Shown here piece after piece: positions 16,788 to 25,348 of a DNA stretch of 64,000 nucleotides. The DNA lies in contig JAEYRW010000085.1 of NCBI GenBank assembly GCA_023435435.1, positions 1,814-65,813 of the forward strand, in the 5' to 3' direction. The position numbers and the translations under genes are program-made. How positions within the stretch are numbered: position 1 is the first letter of the stretch; every line of letters starts with the position of its first letter. The notes under the pieces are model-generated. The model was not told the DNA's origin. It made no database searches and saw only the letters and a list, made by a program, of their open reading frames with translations. This stretch comes from Bacillota bacterium (GTDB taxonomy: Bacteria > Bacillota > Clostridia > Christensenellales > Aristaeellaceae).

Positions 16788-18605
16788 ATGACTAAGAAGG
16801 GCGGGCCGAAAAAGGGCTTCGCACGGCTGCTCGAGCTTGCCGGAATGAAGAAGCGTTTCATCATTCCGGCAGTGATCCTCTCATCGCTTGCATCCGTCGC
16901 ATCGTTTATTCCGTACATATGCATCTACCGGATCGTGCGGGAGGTGATTCCGTACTACCCGGATTTCTCCGGGATGGATTCCGGCGCGGTGGCCATGTGG
17001 GGGTGGATCGCCTTTGCGGGCATCACGGCCAATGTGCTTCTTTATTTCGCGGCCCTGATGCTTTCCCACCTCGCGGCCTTCGGGACGCTGTATGATTTGA
17101 AGGTGAACTTCGCTTCCTACCTCGCACGGCTGCCGCTGGGCTTACATCTGAACTTCGGAAGCGGCAAGCTGCGCAAAATTATGGACGAGAACATCGAAAA
17201 AATCGAGGGCTTTATCGCCCATCAGATGCCGGACCTCGTCGCGGCGCTCACGGCGCCGGTGGTGATGATCGCCATCCTCATGAGCGTGGACTGGCGGTTC
17301 GGACTGGCGGCGCTTTTCGCCATCGTTATCGCCTTCGTGGTTCAGATGAGCGGGTACATGGGCGTTGGCGCGGTGAAGATGATGAACCAGTATCAGGCGG
17401 CGCTCGAGGACATGAACAACGCATCCGTCGAGTACGTGCGCGGGATCAGCGTCGTGAAGGCCTTCCGCCAGACGGTGTATTCATTCAACCGGCTCCACGA
17501 CTCCATTCAGCGATACACGAGCTTCGTCATCCCTTACACCCTCGAATGGGAAAACACGATGTCGCTTTTCACCACCATCGTCAACAATGTCTACCTCTTC
17601 ATCGTGCCCGTGGGTATCCTCGTGGGCATGGGTCTGTCGGGCGAAAGCCTGAGCGGTTTTGTCGCGACGTTTATCTTTTATCTGATCTTCGTTCCGGCGG
17701 TTTCATCGGTGATGATGAAGGTGATGTACTCGGCCACCAACTGCCGTCAGATCGGTTCCTTTGTGGAGCGGATGGATGATGTTCTGGCCCGCAAACCGCT
17801 CCCGGAGCCCGTTTCTCCCAAAGCGGGGAAGGCGGGGGATGTGGTGTTTGAAAGCGTAAGTTTCTCCTACGACGGAAAGGAGGAAGTGCGGGCGCTTCAG
17901 GACGTCTCCTTCGTTGCGCGGCAAGGGAAGGTGACGGCGGTGGTCGGGCCTTCCGGCGGCGGCAAGTCTACCATCGCTCATCTCATTCCCAGATTTTATG
18001 ACGTGACCGGGGGCAGAATCAGGATCGGCGGGGTGGATATACGCGATATGAGGATTGCCGACCTCATGAATATGGTGAGCTTTGTGTTTCAGGACGTATT
18101 CCTGTTCAAACAGAGTCTGATGGACAACATCCGCATCGGGAATCCCGCCGCGACGGACGAACAGGTGTACGCGGCCGCGCGGGCGGCGCGGTGCGACGAG
18201 TTCATACGCCGTCTGCCGCAGGGTTACGAGACCATCTATGGACGCGAAGGGGTTTACCTTTCCGGCGGCGAACAGCAGCGCGTGGCCATTGCCCGGGCGA
18301 TCGTCAAAGAAGCACCGGTGCTGGTGCTGGACGAGGCGACCGCCTTCGCCGATCCGGAAAACGAGCACCTCATTCAGGCGGCGCTGAGCGAACTGATGAA
18401 GGGGAAAACCGTCATCATGATTGCCCACCGGCTTTCCACCATTCGGGGCGCGAACCACATCATTGTGATGGACGGGGGCAGGCGCGCGGAGCAGGGCACG
18501 CACGACGAACTGATTCAAAAAAACGGGCGTTATCGCGCCATGTGGGACAGCTATACACAGGCGCTCAATTGGAGAATGGGAAAGGAGGCGCGCGCGGATG
18601 CTTAA
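16788..18605 (+). CDS. ABC transporter, fused permease-ATPase (exporter fold), subunit 1
   Basis: 605 aa. N-terminal 6-TM domain; Walker A GPSGGGKST, signature LSGGEQQRVAIARA, Walker B VLVLDEATA. Confidence 0.9.
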   Translation: MTKKGGPKKGFARLLELAGMKKRFIIPAVILSSLASVASFIPYICIYRIVREVIPYYPDFSGMDSGAVAMWGWIAFAGITANVLLYFAALMLSHLAAFGTLYDLKVNFASYLARLPLGLHLNFGSGKLRKIMDENIEKIEGFIAHQMPDLVAALTAPVVMIAILMSVDWRFGLAALFAIVIAFVVQMSGYMGVGAVKMMNQYQAALEDMNNASVEYVRGISVVKAFRQTVYSFNRLHDSIQRYTSFVIPYTLEWENTMSLFTTIVNNVYLFIVPVGILVGMGLSGESLSGFVATFIFYLIFVPAVSSVMMKVMYSATNCRQIGSFVERMDDVLARKPLPEPVSPKAGKAGDVVFESVSFSYDGKEEVRALQDVSFVARQGKVTAVVGPSGGGKSTIAHLIPRFYDVTGGRIRIGGVDIRDMRIADLMNMVSFVFQDVFLFKQSLMDNIRIGNPAATDEQVYAAARAARCDEFIRRLPQGYETIYGREGVYLSGGEQQRVAIARAIVKEAPVLVLDEATAFADPENEHLIQAALSELMKGKTVIMIAHRLSTIRGANHIIVMDGGRRAEQGTHDELIQKNGRYRAMWDSYTQALNWRMGKEARADA

Positions 18606-20334
18606 CTTCAAGCGAATGCTGGGGCTTTCGGACAAGGGCTATGCGGATCTGAAAAAGGCGGTCTTTGCCTGCACGCTGACAAATCTGTCGCTGATGTTCC
18701 CTTTCGGCATCACAATCGGAATCTTTCGGGAGCTTCTCGCGCCCATGCTGGGGGGCACGATCTCCTGGGGACGGCTCTGGGGGCTTCTTGCCGCGGGGGG
18801 CGCGGGCGCCGCGTTGGTGTTTCTGGCCAACAAAAACGACTATAAGAAGACCTATGTGACCTCCTATATCGAGGCGGAAAACACGCGCGTAGGCGTCGCG
18901 GAGCGCATCCGCCGGCTGCCCATGAACTTTTTCAACTCCAAGGATTTGACGGAGCTGACGACGAACCTCATCGGCGACTGCGCGACGCTGGAACACATTC
19001 TGAGCCACGTCGTTCCGCAGCTGGCTGCCAACGGGATTTCCATCACAATTATCTGCGCGATGCTGGCGTTCTTCGATTGGCGGCTTGCGCTGACGACGTT
19101 CGCAACCGTTCCCATTTCGTTTTTCATCATATTCTTCACCCGCCGGATTCAGGACAGGACGAACCATAAGTTCATCGATGTGAAGCTCAAGGCGTCCGAA
19201 CAGGTGCAGGAGTACATCGAGGGCATCAAGGTGATCAAGTCCCTGAACATGGACGGCGAAAAGGCGAAGGAGATGAACCGCGCCCTGAACGCCATGATGC
19301 GGCTCGCCATCCGCATGGAGTTGGGAACCGGCGTCATCGTGGTGGGCGCGCAGCTTCTTTTGCAGGTGGGCACAGGCCTTACCGTGTTTGTGGGGGCGAA
19401 CCTGCTGACCGGCGGAAAAATCGGGCTCATTCCGCTTCTGATGTTTTTCCTGATCGTGGTGCGCATCTACGGCCCGATCCTCACGGAGCTGACGCTTTTG
19501 CCAGAGCTGTTCCACATGCTCGTTGCCACCAGCCGCATGCGCAGGCTCGATCAGGTCAAGCTCATGACGGGCGCGGACGGCGCGAGGATTCCCAACACCA
19601 CCATCCGCTTTGAGAACGCCTCCTTCGGTTACGGCAAGGAGCGGGTGCTCGAGGGCGTGACGGCGGAGATCCCGGCAAACGGAATTACCGCGCTGGTAGG
19701 CCCGTCCGGCAGCGGAAAGAGCACCATGGCCAAGCTCGCCGCGCGCTTCTGGGACGTCGACAAAGGCAAGGTGACCCTCGGCGGCGTGGACCTTGCGACC
19801 CTCGACCCGGAGTATGTCATGGATCACATCTCCTTCGTGTTTCAGGATGTGATTCTTTTCAACGATACGGTTTTCAATAACATCAGGATCGGCAACATGA
19901 ACGCCTCCGACGAGGAGGTCATCAAGGCCGCCGAAGCCGCCTGCTGCGATGGGTTTATCGGGAGGATGCCCATGGGGTACCGGACGATGCTGGGGGAGAA
20001 TGGCTCCACGATCTCGGGAGGCGAGCGGCAGCGCATCTCCATCGCCCGCGCGCTTCTCAAAGATGCGCCGGTGATTCTGCTCGACGAGGCGACGGCTTCC
20101 CTCGATCCTGAAAACGAAGTGCTCATTCAGACGGCGATTTCCAGACTCATCGAGGGGAAGACGGTGCTTGTCATCGCGCATCGGCTGCGCACCGTGGCGG
20201 GCGCGGACAAAATTATCGTATTGGATGCGGGAAAGGTGCGGGAACAGGGAACCCATGACGCGCTGATGAAGAAAAACGGCCTCTACCGCAAGCTTTACGA
20301 CCTGCAGCGGGAAAGCCTGGCCTGGGGCGTGTAG
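18598..20334 (+). CDS. ABC transporter, fused permease-ATPase (exporter fold), subunit 2
   Basis: 578 aa with GPSGSGKST, ISGGERQRISIARA and VILLDEATA. 8-nt overlap with subunit 1 implies a heterodimer. Confidence 0.9.
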   Translation: MLNFKRMLGLSDKGYADLKKAVFACTLTNLSLMFPFGITIGIFRELLAPMLGGTISWGRLWGLLAAGGAGAALVFLANKNDYKKTYVTSYIEAENTRVGVAERIRRLPMNFFNSKDLTELTTNLIGDCATLEHILSHVVPQLAANGISITIICAMLAFFDWRLALTTFATVPISFFIIFFTRRIQDRTNHKFIDVKLKASEQVQEYIEGIKVIKSLNMDGEKAKEMNRALNAMMRLAIRMELGTGVIVVGAQLLLQVGTGLTVFVGANLLTGGKIGLIPLLMFFLIVVRIYGPILTELTLLPELFHMLVATSRMRRLDQVKLMTGADGARIPNTTIRFENASFGYGKERVLEGVTAEIPANGITALVGPSGSGKSTMAKLAARFWDVDKGKVTLGGVDLATLDPEYVMDHISFVFQDVILFNDTVFNNIRIGNMNASDEEVIKAAEAACCDGFIGRMPMGYRTMLGENGSTISGGERQRISIARALLKDAPVILLDEATASLDPENEVLIQTAISRLIEGKTVLVIAHRLRTVAGADKIIVLDAGKVREQGTHDALMKKNGLYRKLYDLQRESLAWGV

Positions 20335-20361
20335 GCGCCGTTCTGTCGTCTGCGGACAGCG

Positions 20362-20396
20362 CCCGGCCAAATCCGCGCGAAGCGGATTTGGCCGGG
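20362..20396. terminator. perfect 15-bp stem hairpin between convergent genes (no U-tract)
   Basis: CCCGGCCAAATCCGC-gcgaa-GCGGATTTGGCCGGG. Lies between the ABC subunit 2 stop (20334) and the DtxR-like stop (20421). Confidence 0.45.
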
Positions 20397-20420
20397 CCGA
20401 TGGCGGTGCGGACGGTCAAC

Positions 20421-20750
20421 CTATGGCACGGACATTTCGCACAGAACGGCGACGGCGCAGCGCTCGGCAAGCCGCGGATTCAGCGCGACCGTGCCGGCCA
20501 GCGCCGCTTCGATGGCGCGCCTTTTTTCAAACAACGCCTCCGCGACGCCCATCCCGGCCTCGGTAAAGCTGAAGCGCTTCTTTGCGTCGCGCCAAACGAC
20601 GCCCTTTTCCTCGAGCTGGGTAAGCATTCTGTGCGCGCTGGGCTTTGAGACGCCCATATGCTTCGCAAGCCCCGCCATACTGGGAGAAGATTCCTGACCG
20701 AGCGCATAAACGCCCAACACATATTTGATTTGGGCCTTCGTCAGATCCAT
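20421..20750 (-). CDS. short DtxR/MntR-family metal-dependent regulator homologue (109 aa)
   Basis: Winged-helix region AGLAKHMGVSKPSAHRMLTQLEEKGVV resembles the DtxR/MntR HTH (xSxPSVxxMLxxLxxxGLV). The protein stops early in the metal-binding/dimerisation domain. Confidence 0.7.
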   Translation of the reverse strand: MDLTKAQIKYVLGVYALGQESSPSMAGLAKHMGVSKPSAHRMLTQLEEKGVVWRDAKKRFSFTEAGMGVAEALFEKRRAIEAALAGTVALNPRLAERCAVAVLCEMSVP

Positions 20751-20790
20751 ACGCGTTCCCCATCTCCATACGTTTTTCCATTATACAATG

Positions 20791-20819
20791 ATATTAGCAT
20801 CTCCTAACGAATTTGTCAA
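20791..20819 (-). promoter_or_regulatory. promoter of the DtxR-like gene, overlapped by operator copy 3
   Basis: Minus strand TTGACA, 17 nt spacer, TAATAT. An alternative extended -10 TGTATAAT lies just downstream. Confidence 0.6.
20794..20807. promoter_or_regulatory. TTAG-N6-CTAA operator, copy 3
   Basis: TTAGCATCTCCTAA inside the spacer/-10 of the DtxR-like gene promoter, which suggests autoregulation. Confidence 0.55.
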
Positions 20820-20891
20820 CAGGACGAGCCAGATGCGCTTTTTTTATATTTGGAGGGCCGCACCACTCTCCGCGCATCCCCAAAAATTAAC

Positions 20892-20921
20892 TTGACGGGG
20901 CAAAATACAATGCCCTATACT
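20892..20921 (+). promoter_or_regulatory. promoter for the DUF3793-flavodoxin operon
   Basis: TTGACG, 18 nt spacer, TATACT. Confidence 0.5.
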
Positions 20922-20970
20922 GATGGTGCGCGGATTTGCAAATTTCTCCGCGCAAAAAAACCACCAGGTG

Positions 20971-20984
20971 TTAGGGTGTACTAA
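20971..20984. promoter_or_regulatory. TTAG-N6-CTAA operator, copy 4
   Basis: TTAGGGTGTACTAA in the leader of the DUF3793-flavodoxin operon. Confidence 0.5.
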
Positions 20985-21065
20985 TATTCGTTGACAAAAG
21001 GGAACGCATGAAACAAGGACCTTCCCATGATAGCAAGTGCATCCTGACACCATAAGGGAGGAACC

Positions 21066-21614
21066 ATGCTGGAAGCGGCAATCATTGAACACGCGTCTCC
21101 GACATTGGCGGGACTCAAGGCCGGTTGTCTTTTTAATTTGTCCATGGAGAGCGCGTTTTTGGAGGCCGAAATCGCGCGCGTGAACGCGCTCATCGCGGAA
21201 AAGGGCTGCGGGCTTCTGCGGATGCGCTGTCAAATGGGCCGTTCGCTCATCTTCCTGTACCGGACCCGCGACATTGCCGCGATGCTCTCCGATCGCGAGA
21301 CGGCCCGGTTTCTCGGCGCATGGGGATACCGGGATCTTTCGGTGGAGAGCGCCATCGCGACATTGCGGGAACGCCTCGGGCGCGCGGATTGCTTCCCGCA
21401 CGAGATCGGATTGTTTTTAGGCTACCCGCTGGCGGATGTCATGGGATTTATCGAAAACAAGGGCGCGGGATGCCGGATGTGCGGATGCTGGAAGGTGTAC
21501 TCCAACGAGATGGAGGCACGCAGACGCTTTCGCTCATTCAAAAAATGCAAGGAAATCTATTCATGGATGTACCGGACGGGCATGAGCATCGAAAAGCTCA
21601 CCGTCTCAGCGTGA
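21066..21614 (+). CDS. DUF3793-like protein
   Basis: 182 aa with PHEIGLFLGYPLADVMGFI ... CGCWKVY, recalled as the DUF3793 signature. GGAGG RBS. Confidence 0.7.
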   Translation: MLEAAIIEHASPTLAGLKAGCLFNLSMESAFLEAEIARVNALIAEKGCGLLRMRCQMGRSLIFLYRTRDIAAMLSDRETARFLGAWGYRDLSVESAIATLRERLGRADCFPHEIGLFLGYPLADVMGFIENKGAGCRMCGCWKVYSNEMEARRRFRSFKKCKEIYSWMYRTGMSIEKLTVSA

Positions 21615-21627
21615 AAGGAGAAACAAC

Positions 21628-22035
21628 ATGGCAAAGGTTGCGGTCGTTTACTGGAGCGGAACGGGACATACACAGGCGATGGCGGAGGCGATTGCCAATG
21701 CGGCGGACGCGGCGCTTTTTACGGCGTCCGAATTTTCGGCGGGCAAGATGGATGAATTTGACGCGGTGGCGTTCGGCTGCCCGTCCATGGGCGCGGAGGA
21801 ATTGGAGGACGGCGAATTTCTCCCCATGTTCGAGGACGTGAAGGCGAAACTCGGCGGCAAGAAGATCGCTCTGTTCGGCTCCTACGGCTGGGGCGACGGC
21901 GAATGGATGCGCACCTGGGAGGCGGATTGCGCGGCGCGGGGCGCGGACATGGCGGCTGAACCCGTCATCTGCTGCGAAGAGCCGGACGCGGACGCCATCG
22001 CGCAATGCGAGGCGTTGGGGAAGGCGCTTACATAA
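21628..22035 (+). CDS. short-chain flavodoxin
   Basis: 135 aa with VAVVYWSGTGHTQAMA (FMN phosphate loop) and LFGSYGWGDGEWM. Confidence 0.9.
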   Translation: MAKVAVVYWSGTGHTQAMAEAIANAADAALFTASEFSAGKMDEFDAVAFGCPSMGAEELEDGEFLPMFEDVKAKLGGKKIALFGSYGWGDGEWMRTWEADCAARGADMAAEPVICCEEPDADAIAQCEALGKALT

Positions 22036-22059
22036 CGCAGGAGGCGCCGTGCCGCACGC

Positions 22060-22101
22060 AGAAGATCGCCGCGCTTGACAGTCGGCGATCTTCTTTTGTT
22101 T
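22060..22101 (+). terminator. intrinsic terminator after flavodoxin
   Basis: AGAAGATCGCCG-loop-CGGCGATCTTCT followed by TTTGTTT. Confidence 0.75.
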
Positions 22102-22125
22102 ACCCATCCCGTCCGAATGGCGCTT

Positions 22126-24165
22126 TCACGGAATGCGGGCGTTCCCATCCTCCGCCGAAAGGCCGATTGACCCCACCGCTTGGGCGACCGCCTTTGTCCC
22201 CAAATCCACCATAAAACCCTTGGCGGCGGCTTCATGCCGGTCCAGCCTGCCGGAGACGGTGATTTCCCCCCTGGCGCCGCGTTTGGCCGCTTCCGCGCGG
22301 GCGGCGGCTTCCGCTTCCGCCATGGCGTACGCCTCCGCGCCTTCGAGCACAGGGAACACGCGCGGCCCCGTTTTCCCGAATACCGTGTATCCGCTCACCC
22401 CGTCCGCGCTGGAATTTGGCCTGATCTCCACCGCGCACGTCGCGCACACATCGCCCACCACTGCCCCCAGCGCGTTTGCGACCTCATAGTGCGCGGGCAG
22501 GATGGCCTTTGTGCCGAGCATTTTCGCCACATCGTTCAGGAACAGGTGGATGGGCGCGCCGACGCCCGTCAGTACGAATTCCGTCTCGAATCGCATGGAA
22601 ACCAGCGGCTGCCGGGCGCCGGTTTTTGCGGCCTCATAGCTTTCGTTGATGAAGGGCTCGACGTCCCCGCGCACGCCGCCGTGCAGGCCGCGCCCGTCCC
22701 CGTTCTCCAACAGGGCCTCGACGATGTTCACATAGAGCTTTCTCTTGATTTCGTCATAGACGCCATCGCACAGTTCGTCCACCGAAAGCCCCAGGTTTGC
22801 GGCGACGTACCGCGCGCCCAGGAGGGATGCCTCGGCGGGGAATCGGCTGAAATCCTTCCTGATGTGCATGATGTCCGTGGGCGTAAGCCCGCACACCTGT
22901 ATGGCGCCCTCCGCGACGAGCCGGGAGACGTCCAGACTGTAAAGATCCCTGCCCGGCACGCTGTCCGCCGCTTCGGCCAACGAAAGGGCGCCGCCCTTCA
23001 AAGCGGCGCAGAGCGCTTGCTCCTCCCGGGTGTACCGCGCGCTGCCCGCGATATCCCTGACGAGTATGTAATGCTCGTGAAGATAGCGCGTGTGCTTTTT
23101 CCCGCTTTCCACAAGACTTTTCAGGTTGTCTGTGATCCGCGGGTCTTTTTCGGCGGCGACGCAAAGGGGTATGATTCTGTCGTTTTCCAGAAACAGCTTC
23201 TGCCCGTTGTAGTGGATGGCGCTGTCGCCGCCCAGACCGAAGGTCTTGATGTAAAGGCCGTCCGCGAAGGTTTTCCACCTGCCGATGCGCAGACCGCCCG
23301 ACGCCCTGCGGGGGACGCCGCCGCGGATCAGCGCGATGTCTGTGGTCGTCCCGCCCATATCCACGACGACGCTGTTTTTCTCGTGAGCGAGGTGCGCGCA
23401 ACCCATCACGCTGGCGGCGGGGCCGCAGAGCAGCGTGTCGATTGGGCGCGTCCGCGCAAAGGAATCGGACATGAGACTGCCGTCGCTGCGTACGATCACC
23501 ACCGCCGCGCGGATGCCCCGCTTCTCCATGGACGCCTTGATGGCGCCGATGAATTCCCGAATGATGGGGAAGAGCCGGGCATTCAAAAGGGCGCTCGCCC
23601 CGCGCTGGAGACAGTTCAGTTCGTTGCACAGTTCGTGCGCGCAGACGACGGGGATCCGGTGCCTTTGCGCAAACAGCTCCTTTGCCTTTTTTTCGACGTA
23701 CGCGCCGTTTCGCAGGGCGTTGGCTTCAACGATCCCGACGCCCTCCAGCCCTTCAAACCCATCCTCGAGGTTCGCGCAGAACAGATTCCAATCCGGTTCC
23801 CGCTCCATCGCGCCGGAGAATCTGGTATGGCTCTCCTGGATGTACATTTCGCTTGCCGGCGGAAGTCCGTATGCCCCGCCGTACCGGTCGATGGTTTCCC
23901 TGTCGCCGCCGAAAAAAATCAGCTTCGCGCGCCCGCCCTTGTCCTCGACGCAGGCGTTCGTGGCGAGGGTCGTCGAAAGGGCGACCACTTCCGCCGCCCC
24001 AACCGCCTCCGCCGGGAGCGCGTCAAGCGCCTCCAAAATGCCCGCGGATAAATCGTGCCTGGTGGTGAGCGCCTTTGCCGTTCCCAGGATCCGCCCGCCT
24101 TCAAAGTCGTAAACCACCGCGTCGGTATATGTGCCGCCCGTATCGATTCCAATTCCGATTTTCAT
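22126..24165 (-). CDS. hydantoinase/oxoprolinase-family protein
   Basis: Start MKIGIGIDTGGTYTDAV at 24165; a second sugar-kinase-like motif MGGTTTDIALI. The 798-aa track ORF is over-extended. Confidence 0.8.
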   Translation of the reverse strand: MKIGIGIDTGGTYTDAVVYDFEGGRILGTAKALTTRHDLSAGILEALDALPAEAVGAAEVVALSTTLATNACVEDKGGRAKLIFFGGDRETIDRYGGAYGLPPASEMYIQESHTRFSGAMEREPDWNLFCANLEDGFEGLEGVGIVEANALRNGAYVEKKAKELFAQRHRIPVVCAHELCNELNCLQRGASALLNARLFPIIREFIGAIKASMEKRGIRAAVVIVRSDGSLMSDSFARTRPIDTLLCGPAASVMGCAHLAHEKNSVVVDMGGTTTDIALIRGGVPRRASGGLRIGRWKTFADGLYIKTFGLGGDSAIHYNGQKLFLENDRIIPLCVAAEKDPRITDNLKSLVESGKKHTRYLHEHYILVRDIAGSARYTREEQALCAALKGGALSLAEAADSVPGRDLYSLDVSRLVAEGAIQVCGLTPTDIMHIRKDFSRFPAEASLLGARYVAANLGLSVDELCDGVYDEIKRKLYVNIVEALLENGDGRGLHGGVRGDVEPFINESYEAAKTGARQPLVSMRFETEFVLTGVGAPIHLFLNDVAKMLGTKAILPAHYEVANALGAVVGDVCATCAVEIRPNSSADGVSGYTVFGKTGPRVFPVLEGAEAYAMAEAEAAARAEAAKRGARGEITVSGRLDRHEAAAKGFMVDLGTKAVAQAVGSIGLSAEDGNARIP

Positions 24166-24210
24166 GTACCCGCACCGCCCGTCTTGCGTCCGTTCCCGGA
24201 GCCGATCTTT

Positions 24211-24239
24211 ATTATAATCGAGCTCTTTTTTGAAATCAA
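24211..24239 (-). promoter_or_regulatory. promoter for the hydantoinase-family gene
   Basis: Minus strand TTGATT, 17 nt spacer, TATAAT. Confidence 0.55.
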
Positions 24240-24270
24240 GCGGCCGGTGCGCCGTCGAAGCAAGTTTCTC

Positions 24271-24299
24271 TTGACAAACTGGGAGGATTCGGTTATAGT
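24271..24299 (+). promoter_or_regulatory. promoter for chelate importer 2
   Basis: TTGACA, 17 nt spacer, TATAGT. Confidence 0.65.
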
Positions 24300-24306
24300 T
24301 CTTGTG

Positions 24307-24320
24307 TTTGGCAAACCTAA
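24307..24320. promoter_or_regulatory. degenerate TTAG-N6-CTAA operator, copy 5
   Basis: TTTGGCAAACCTAA (one arm mismatch) at the predicted transcription start. This is the same position relative to the -10 as copy 6. Confidence 0.4.
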
Positions 24321-24337
24321 CAAAAAGGAGAATAACG

Positions 24338-25348
24338 ATGACATTATCCAGATTCAAACGGATTCTGACCCTGCTCACGGCGCTTGCTCTGGTGATCGGC
24401 GTACCCGCGGCCTTTGCGGAGAGCGCCTCCGCGGTGCAGTACCCCCTTACAATTGCCCACGCGTATGGAGAGACGGTTCTTGAGAAAAAGCCCGAACGCG
24501 TCGTGGCCATTTCCTGGGGCAATTTGGATGTGCCGCTGGCGTTGGGCGTGGTGCCCGTCGGCGTTTCGAAGGCGAACTACGGCGTAGGCGAAAACGAGGA
24601 TCTTCTCCCCTGGACCGTGGAAGGCTTCGCGGCGCTGGGTGTTTCGGAACCCGCCGTGTTCGACGATACGGACGGACTGGACTACGAGGCGATCAACGAC
24701 GCGCAGCCCGACGTCATCCTGGCTGCCTATTCTGGCATTACCCGGGAAGAGTACGACATGCTCAGCCAGATCGCGCCCGTGATCGCGTATCCCACCGAGG
24801 CGTGGCAGACGACTTGGCGCGAGATGATCGTCACGGACGCTGCGGGCATGGGCATGGAGGCGGAGGGGGAGGCGCTTGTCGCTTCGCTCGACGCGCTCAT
24901 TGCGGGCAAGGTGAGCGCATATCCGGCTCTGGAGGGCAAGACGGCGGCGTTCTTCTACATCGCACCCACCGATTTCGGCAGCGTTTACATTTACACACTT
25001 GCCGATCCGCGCGCGGCGTATCTTACCGATTTGGGCCTCGGCTTTCCGCAGAGCGTCACCGATCTGATCGCGGATGAGAACAGCTTCGCGGTTCAGGTGA
25101 GCGCGGAAAATCTTGACGGACTCACGGACCTGGATATCATCATCACCTATGGCGACGACGGCCTGCTCGCGGCCATGCAGGCGGATCCGCTTCTTGGCAG
25201 CGTTCCCGCGGTTCAGAACGGGGCGGTGGTCGTGATCGAAAACGGTTCCTATCTCTCCGCCTCCTGCACGCCCAGTGCGCTTTCCATTCCCGCGACGATC
25301 GACGAGTATCTCGCGATGATCGCCTCCGCCGCGGAAAAAGTGAAATGA
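24338..25348 (+). CDS. iron-chelate/B12-type ABC substrate-binding protein (Peripla_BP_2)
   Basis: AAGGAG RBS. Signal peptide MTLSRFKRILTLLTALALVIGVPAAFA, then KPERVVAISWGNLDVPLALGVVPVG typical of FhuD/FepB/BtuF-like proteins. Confidence 0.85.
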   Translation: MTLSRFKRILTLLTALALVIGVPAAFAESASAVQYPLTIAHAYGETVLEKKPERVVAISWGNLDVPLALGVVPVGVSKANYGVGENEDLLPWTVEGFAALGVSEPAVFDDTDGLDYEAINDAQPDVILAAYSGITREEYDMLSQIAPVIAYPTEAWQTTWREMIVTDAAGMGMEAEGEALVASLDALIAGKVSAYPALEGKTAAFFYIAPTDFGSVYIYTLADPRAAYLTDLGLGFPQSVTDLIADENSFAVQVSAENLDGLTDLDIIITYGDDGLLAAMQADPLLGSVPAVQNGAVVVIENGSYLSASCTPSALSIPATIDEYLAMIASAAEKVK

